DNA of 64,000 bases from the NCBI GenBank assembly GCA_951406725.2, contig OX597816.1, forward strand, positions 72,478,001 through 72,542,000, written 5' to 3'. The notes under the pieces are model-generated. The model ran no database searches. It was not told where the DNA came from and worked only from the letters and a program-made list of their open reading frames with translations. Origin of the DNA: Octopus vulgaris. Its lineage: Eukaryota. The translations under genes and the position numbers were made by a program. Shown one piece after another: positions 57,061-64,000 of this stretch (positions within the stretch are counted from its first letter, which is position 1; every line of letters begins with the position of its first letter).

Positions 57061-58289
57061 ATAACACATTCTTCTTCAATGGAAAGAATTACATCCAAAT
57101 TAGAGGCACGGCGATGGGAACGAGGTTTGCTCCCGTTTACGCCAACTCTGTAATGGGATACTTAGAAGAACAACTCTACCAAGAGGTGGAGGTAAACTAT
57201 GGCACTGGATTTAGAAAGTATATTGAAAAGGCATGGAAGAGATACCTAGACGACTGTTTCATAATCTGGACAGAATCTCTAAATACTCTGGAAGAGTTCA
57301 ATATCCTCCTGAACAACCTACACCCATCTCTCAAATTTACAAAGGAGATGAGTAGTACCAAATTACCATTCCTGGATATAATGGTAATTAAAAAAGACAC
57401 CACCATCACCACAGATATATACTATAAACACACAGACACACATCAATACCTAAATTTTAAGTCGTGCCATCCACCACATACAAAACGTAACATCCCATAC
57501 TGCCTAGCCAGAAGAATTTGTACTATTGTAGAAGATGCAAATATCAGGAACAAACGCCTAATAGAACTAAGAGAATTTTTGCTCAAACAAAAATACCCAT
57601 CTCTACTTATAGAAAATGGCATACAGCGGGCTATAAAAATACCTATACAACAACTTAGGACAACCCAAGGAAGAGGAAAACAAGAACAAGTCATACCATT
57701 CATAGTGACACACAACCCATGTCACCAGAATATCTTCAACATTGCCAAAGCAAACCTACCAATCATTGCCCAAAGTAATGAATTAAAAGACATAATCAAG
57801 GATCGAGCTATGGTGCTTAGTAAAAGACAGCCTAAAAACTTGAAAACATTACTAACAAAGGCAAAATTTGACCTCAGCAACAAAGACCAAACATTCACGG
57901 TATCTAAATGCAATGATAGCCGATGTGGCACATGCCAATTCATACATACCGGTCAATATATAAACACAAAAACCGGGAAAATATTCACAAACGCGAATAT
58001 GAACTGCAAAAGCAGAAATTTAATTTACTGCATCAAATGCCCAAATTGTGAAGAAATATATGTAGGTCAGACGGGAAACGCACTATTAGAACGCTCACGT
58101 GTACACCGGCAACAGATTAGAGACCCAGAGGTCCGTCAGATACCTTTGAGTAACCACCTAGCAACATGTGGTCGGAAAATATATATAATATTTCCATTCT
58201 ACAAATTACACAGCCCAAGTGAAATCGAGAGGAAAATCAGAGAAAAGAATTTTATTGATAAATTCGAACCCAAGCTAAATAAGCAATAA
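57060..58289 (+). CDS. Penelope-like element polyprotein, 5'-truncated (RT motifs B-E/thumb + CxxxxCxxC linker + GIY-YIG endonuclease); Naiad/Neptune-type architecture
   Basis: Open frame from the palindrome apex: NNTFFFNGKNYIQIRGTAMG (RT motif B), WKRYLDDCFIIW (YxDD), LPFLDI, TDIYYKHTDTHQYL, SCHPPHTKRNIP, KCNDSRCGTC linker, NLIYCIKCPNCEEIYVGQT...RVHRQQI...NH (GIY-YIG with CCHH), ending FEPKLN. The N-terminal RT is missing. Confidence 0.93.
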   Translation, partial: NNTFFFNGKNYIQIRGTAMGTRFAPVYANSVMGYLEEQLYQEVEVNYGTGFRKYIEKAWKRYLDDCFIIWTESLNTLEEFNILLNNLHPSLKFTKEMSSTKLPFLDIMVIKKDTTITTDIYYKHTDTHQYLNFKSCHPPHTKRNIPYCLARRICTIVEDANIRNKRLIELREFLLKQKYPSLLIENGIQRAIKIPIQQLRTTQGRGKQEQVIPFIVTHNPCHQNIFNIAKANLPIIAQSNELKDIIKDRAMVLSKRQPKNLKTLLTKAKFDLSNKDQTFTVSKCNDSRCGTCQFIHTGQYINTKTGKIFTNANMNCKSRNLIYCIKCPNCEEIYVGQTGNALLERSRVHRQQIRDPEVRQIPLSNHLATCGRKIYIIFPFYKLHSPSEIERKIREKNFIDKFEPKLNKQ

Positions 58290-58783
58290 TAATAATACTT
58301 AGAGGTATTACTTCCACTGCTACGACCATGACCACTAACAACAACAACAATACTAAAGGTGATCAAGACGAAGATAGCAGGAAAATTATCTTATTTAGGG
58401 TTAAAAGTTCTATTGCCACCACCATCACCACTAGCAACAATAATTAAGGTGCTGACAATGATGATGATGACAATTGAAATATAAAAATATAAAAATCTCT
58501 GACAAAGGATATTTACAACATTTCTAAAAATAACCCAACAATTGCTGCTTCGGCCAGGGTCAAGATACAGGACTCTTGACCTGTCCAACAAAGCGTGATG
58601 CCTAAACCAATCAGCTCAACCAACCAATCAGCTTAAGTAATTGAGTGACACTACACACTGATTGGTCAGAATACAGTTTGCAAAACCTAGCACTCTGGAG
58701 CCTACCCAGCTGTATTTATAGCACAGAATCACTCATCTTGCTACAGTCAAAAATTGTGAAGCATGACTGTCAACACTACTACA

Positions 58784-58828
58784 TGAACCCGAAGATTGCA
58801 GAATTCAATGCATGAAAGTACTAGTTCA
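58784..58828 (+). ncRNA. Minimal type I hammerhead ribozyme in PLE 3' region (CCGAAGA core variant)
   Basis: tgaac-CCGAAGA-ttgca(gaattcaa)tgcat-GAAA-gtac-TA-gttca. Stem I tgaac/gttca, stem II tgca/tgca, palindromic AGTACT stem III, NUH=CUA. Matches the minimal HHR layout known in PLEs. Confidence 0.75.
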
Positions 58829-58957
58829 ATCAGAATGAATATTTAACATTCTACTATTTCATTTTATTTTATTCAATTATAATATATTATCTTATAATAT
58901 ATCATTATAAGATTGTAAATAAAACGTGAAAATCAGACAAGGTTGGAATTCTTTTTA

Positions 58958-59052
<95 letters not shown>

Positions 59053-59590
59053 GTTGACCCGATCAGTGGAACACTCTGCTCGGGAAATCAACGTGGCTGA
59101 GTACCCCATATAAATTGAAGGCACGTGGCTTAATCGTTAGGATATTTGGCTCACGATAGTATTGTCAGGAGTTCAATTTCCGACAATGAGGTTGTATCCT
59201 GGAGCAAAGCACTTTATCTCACGTTACTCCAGTCGGGTGGCAAAAAATTAGTCGTCCTTGTGTTTCAAAGGGCCAGCATTGTCACAGTCTGTATCACGAT
59301 GAATCACCTTGAGACTTACGCTAAGGGTACGCGTGTCTGTGGAGTGCTCAGCCACTTGCACGATATTTTGACGAGTAGGCTGTTTAGTTGAACGGATCAA
59401 CTGGAACGCTTACTGTCGTAACCGACAGAGTGCCACTTATGTGCGTGTATATAAATATATATATATATATTTCTCTTGAATGAAACAGTTCTAGTCCTGT
59501 AGAAGCTCCTTCTATATAATAAATTAATTTTACTCTGCTATGTATTGAGTACCTTATTTACTGTGGTTAACCCCGAATCAACCCGGGACC

Positions 59591-59627
<37 letters not shown>

Positions 59628-59920
59628 TATGTATGTATGTATGTATGTATGTATGTATGTATGTATGTATGTATGTATATGTGAACATAGGTAGTAGCAA
59701 GAATACCAGCAATTACGACGACGGCGACAACGACAACATCAATACCCGATTCACAACCAACCAATCTCGTAGGCAATCATACAAGACACAACAGACCAAA
59801 ATATGGTCTTTCAGAAAACCCACTTTCCGATCTAATCATTTCGCTGATTTGCTTCCCAGATTCCGCGATGCAATAAAAGTATTTCGACAACGAAACTGAA
59901 GAGTTTAATCATCTTCATCT

Positions 59921-60020
<100 letters not shown>

Positions 60021-61002
60021 TGTGTATGTGTGTGCGTGCGTGCGTGTGTGTGTGTGTGTGTGTGTAGCAGGATGGTATCAAAGTTTCTGCAATGCCGGTA
60101 TCACAAATTCCAAGCAATACAGTACATCATTAAATTCTGTAACCCTGGTGTATTCAAAGATTATGCTAACGGATATACTATGAAATATTATTGCATAATA
60201 TTAGATTTTCAACAATCCAAATAATAATAATAATAATAATAATGATGATGTTGATGATGATGCTGATATGATTTATTTGATACCAGGGTGGTTGGTGGTG
60301 GTGGTGGGGCAAATACAATACATACATAAAATGCGAGGATTTATATACAACGACGAAATTGTGGCTGTGTGGTAAAAAGCTTGCTTTCCAACGACGCGGT
60401 TCCGGATCCAGTCCCACTGTGTGGCACCTTGGGCAAGTCTCTTCTACTATTCCAGTATAGCCTCGGGCCGACCAAAGGTTTGTGAGTGGATTTGGTAGGC
60501 ATAAACTGAAAGAAACTTGTCGCGTATATGTACATACATACATACATACATACATACATACACACATACGTACGTACGTACGTACATACATACGTACATA
60601 CATACATACATACATACATACATACATACATACATACATACATACATACATACATGCATACATACATGCATACATACATGCATACATACATACGTACATA
60701 CATACGTATGTACGTATGTATGTATGTATGTATATATGTATGTATGTATGTATGTATAATTAAATAATAAGGGTAGAAATTGATGTTTATCAATTAAAAC
60801 CAGTGGCTTAGCATATTTAAAAATCCGAAGATTAAAAATTGTGTTACATCCAAAATTAAGAGGAATGACCACTAAAGTGGACACCCTGCATGCTAAACAT
60901 AGACGTCAAATCGTCATAACCACGAAGAATGTGTTCTCAAGAAAAGAGTCTCAGCAAAAACGCCAAAATGTAATAATGAGCAAGACAACCACTACGCCAT
61001 AT

Positions 61003-61079
61003 GCCCGGGCAGATGGCGTAGTGGTTAAGAGCGCGGGATACTAATACCAAGATTTCGAGTTCGATTCCAGGCAGTGACA
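61003..61079 (+). other. tRNA-like Pol III head (short SINE or tRNA pseudogene) followed by (TAA)n
   Basis: tggcgtagtggttaagagcgc (A box/D arm) and gagttcgattcc (B box). No clean acceptor stem. Confidence 0.55.
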
Positions 61080-61091
61080 TTAATGATAATG

Positions 61092-61130
<39 letters not shown>

Positions 61131-61184
61131 GTAATAATGATAATAATAACAACAACAACAATGATAATAATAATTTTTAAGAAA

Positions 61185-61760
61185 CAAACAAAGTTAAAAA
61201 GAGATTTAGGACAAGTTGATAGATTGAGTAGAGGGGGATTGTGGAACGAAAGCATAAGAATAATGCTGGAAAGAACATATAGAATAAGAGATAAAGGTTA
61301 TGATGTGATATTGGAAGAATTGAAACAAAGAGTAGGAGCAATCAATGCAAAACTGGTAAGATATGACAACAGAAAAAGACAGTTCAGGCAAAGCAGATTG
61401 TTTGAAGCAAATCAGAAGAAACTGTTTCAGGAACTAGATTGGCAAATACACGCAACAATGATACCAGATGCAGAGGAAAGCAGGACATTCTGGAGAGAGA
61501 TCTGGGACCAACCTGTAGAGCATAATGATGAAGCAGAGTAGCTCTATGAAATCCAAGATAGGTTAAGAAATATAAATCTCCAAGAAGACATAAAGATAAC
61601 TACAGAAATGAAAAAAAAACAGTTAAGAAAATTCCCAAACTGGAAGAGTCCAGGACTGGATGGGGTCCAAAGTTATTCGATGAAGAAGATGAGAGGTCTC
61701 CATGAAAGGATAGCACAACAGTTGATGAGTGCTTGGAGAAAGGTGCAGTACCAACCTGCA
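61185..61760 (+). pseudogene. R4/Dong-clade non-LTR retrotransposon fragment (pre-RT region)
   Basis: EELKQRVGAINAKLVRYDNR..QFRQSRLFEANQKKLFQEL..PDAEESRTFWREIW..EHNDEAE*..ITTE..PNWKSPGLDGVQ. Starts beside a (TAA)n tract. Confidence 0.8.
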
Positions 61761-61991
61761 TGTCAAAAAGAAAGACATTGTTATGGTAATCATATAAAGT
61801 AAATATCACAAATAATTCAGAATCCTTGTCCGATGCCAGATCGATCCCATAATCTAATCGGTTTGTGCCAGTCATGAAACCAAACATCCCTGAAAGTTTC
61901 TTCTGAATCCATCCAGCGGTTATTGAGATATCTTGTCCACAGACAAACAAACACGACTGAAAACAATACTTCAGCCTTTGCTAAGGCGGAA

Positions 61992-62048
<57 letters not shown>

Positions 62049-62051
<3 letters not shown>

Positions 62052-62302
62052 GCAGAAATTCAAAAGATAGTGCTCATGGGACCTGCTCATATCCTACGCA
62101 AAATACTTTCTATGTAATCTCAAGTTTTAAAACAAAGATAATTTTCGTATGGTTTTTTAGGCATGTACAACACTAAGTACAATACCAAATATATGGCACC
62201 CTAGGCATAACACCAGCATGAACTTCCAACTTGTTGTCTCTTGAGGTCTCTGGGTGAGACTTGGAGCCGGCTTGTGCAAATGTAAAGCAAAAGTCAAACA
62301 TA

Positions 62303-62304
<2 letters not shown>
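62049..62304 (+). mobile_element. R4/Dong 3' end inserted in (TAA)n
   Basis: MAEIQKIVLMGPAHILRKILSM* resembles the R4/Dong C-terminus (Q...L.GTA.ILR..L). Short 3' UTR; pure (TAA)n on both sides. Confidence 0.75.
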
Positions 62305-62364
<60 letters not shown>

Positions 62365-62980
62365 TAATAAAAGTATCATGAAATCACCATGAGGCCCTCA
62401 TATGGTTATGATGCATGTGCCTGGTGTACCCTTATCAGACGGGTGGTCATGATGGTTATATTGGGCTAGAGAAAACTACTCACACCCAGATATGTATAGA
62501 AATATTAAAATGTTAAACACATGAAAACGTATACATATATGTACATACAAGCCATACGTGAGCTAGTTGCTGTTATGCTTACTTATCTAGTAGGAGAACT
62601 TTAAGCCATACATAAATATAGTGGATAAAATAAGTCCCTATGTCGTTCCATACATTATGTTTTATATCTAACGAAGTATAAGCACATATGCGCAGGCTAA
62701 ATATACGAGTGTGTGGGTGTATGTATGCAAATGCACACAAAAATACATATACGCGCATAGATACGGCAAAGTGTACAAGCAAATGTTCACATATGCAGAC
62801 AAGAGGTCCATAAATACACAGTTAAAGGAACAATGCAATCATCAGAAATTAATATCAGTGGACAGTCATGTCTTTCGAATGCTAAACAAGGAACAGAGTT
62901 GAGGTCGATGTCAAAGTGGGACGGAATAAACAGAGAGACAGATGACAGACAGACTGAAAGGTAGATAGATAGATAGATAT

Positions 62981-63015
<35 letters not shown>

Positions 63016-63107
63016 CGCAGGCAGGCACACAGGTACGAAGGAAGGTAGGTAGATGGTTAGATATATGAATTGATAGAGGCAGAGGAGACAGAAAGATAGG
63101 TAGATAG

Positions 63108-63161
<54 letters not shown>

Positions 63162-63211
63162 GGTAAATGGTACAAGGCACCAATATTTACTGTATGTATA
63201 TACATATATAC

Positions 63212-63242
<31 letters not shown>

Positions 63243-63244
63243 TG

Positions 63245-63285
<41 letters not shown>

Positions 63286-63539
63286 GCATCTACGTGTGTG
63301 TTTGTATTAACAAATAGATAAATTGTCAAACTGAAAGATAGACAGATAGATAGATATATAGATAAAGTAGATAGATAGATAGATAGAAAGATAGATAGAT
63401 AGATAGATTGGTAGACAGATTATTAGATATATAGATAGATTGAGAGAGACTGACAGACGGACAGACAGACAATGGACGGATATAGATAAAATGATAAAAT
63501 GATCGATAGATAAAAAAGTGGCTTGATAGTTTAATGCTT

Positions 63540-63599
<60 letters not shown>

Positions 63600-63780
63600 C
63601 GCGCACGCACACACAGAGGAGAGTAGAGACAGACAGACAGAGAGCGTATTCAAAGAAATAGATGGATAGATAGAAAGCTAAATTATTTGGAATACGAAAT
63701 ATCTGATTGGTGTGGCTAGGAAAAATGCACAAGATGCAAATAATAAGAGGTAAACGTTACGGCGAAAACAAAAATAAACG

Positions 63781-63831
<51 letters not shown>

Positions 63832-63849
63832 TGTATGTATGTATGTATG

Positions 63850-63902
<53 letters not shown>

Positions 63903-64000
63903 CTGTATACACACATACACAAACACACATACATACACACACAAACACAAACACAAAGACACACACATACATGAGACAGATGGAAAACAATAAAAGCAAG

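Larger units (their letters stand above)
55162..58966. mobile_element. Fold-back (head-to-head inverted) Penelope-like insertion, ~1.9 kb arms, no spacer
   Basis: Left end tatattaataaaagaattccaaccttgtctg is the reverse complement of right end cagacaaggttggaattctttttattaatata. Apex is TTCTAGAA at 57054-57061. (TA)n lies at or near both outer ends. Confidence 0.92.

Noticed and set aside
57060-58289. Selenoprotein-type recoding reported for some Naiad PLEs
   Set aside because: No in-frame TGA in the retained ORF and no SECIS recognised.

Overview
Repeat-saturated, AT-rich animal genomic DNA. The SINE families and microsatellite load look like an octopus/cephalopod intron or intergenic region (inference). 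No host gene is securely identifiable, and almost all listed ORFs are translations of (TA)n, (TG)n, (CATA)n, (GATA)n, (GA)n and trinucleotide tracts. The real content is mobile DNA. (1) A ~3.8 kb spacer-less palindrome (55162-58966) made of two head-to-head, 5'-truncated copies of a Penelope-like element (PLE; RT + GIY-YIG, right arm open for ~409 codons), with its apex at TTCTAGAA, (TA)n at both outer ends and a minimal hammerhead ribozyme (HHR) in each arm. (2) About nine HHR-like motifs from several unrelated PLE-type families, three families sharing a CCGAAGA core variant. (3) A ~2 kb ORF1-only (HAL1-like, CCHC knuckle) retroposon inserted with a 15-bp TSD into a tRNA-SINE head. (4) R4/Dong-type fragments in (TAA)n, plus a related lineage whose 3' ends are stacked at (CATA)n. 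(5) A mariner fold-back MITE, hAT and pogo/Tigger-like MITEs, and three tRNA-derived SINE families. The overall picture is a set of retroelements, each associated with its own microsatellite class. All calls were made by eye, with no database search.
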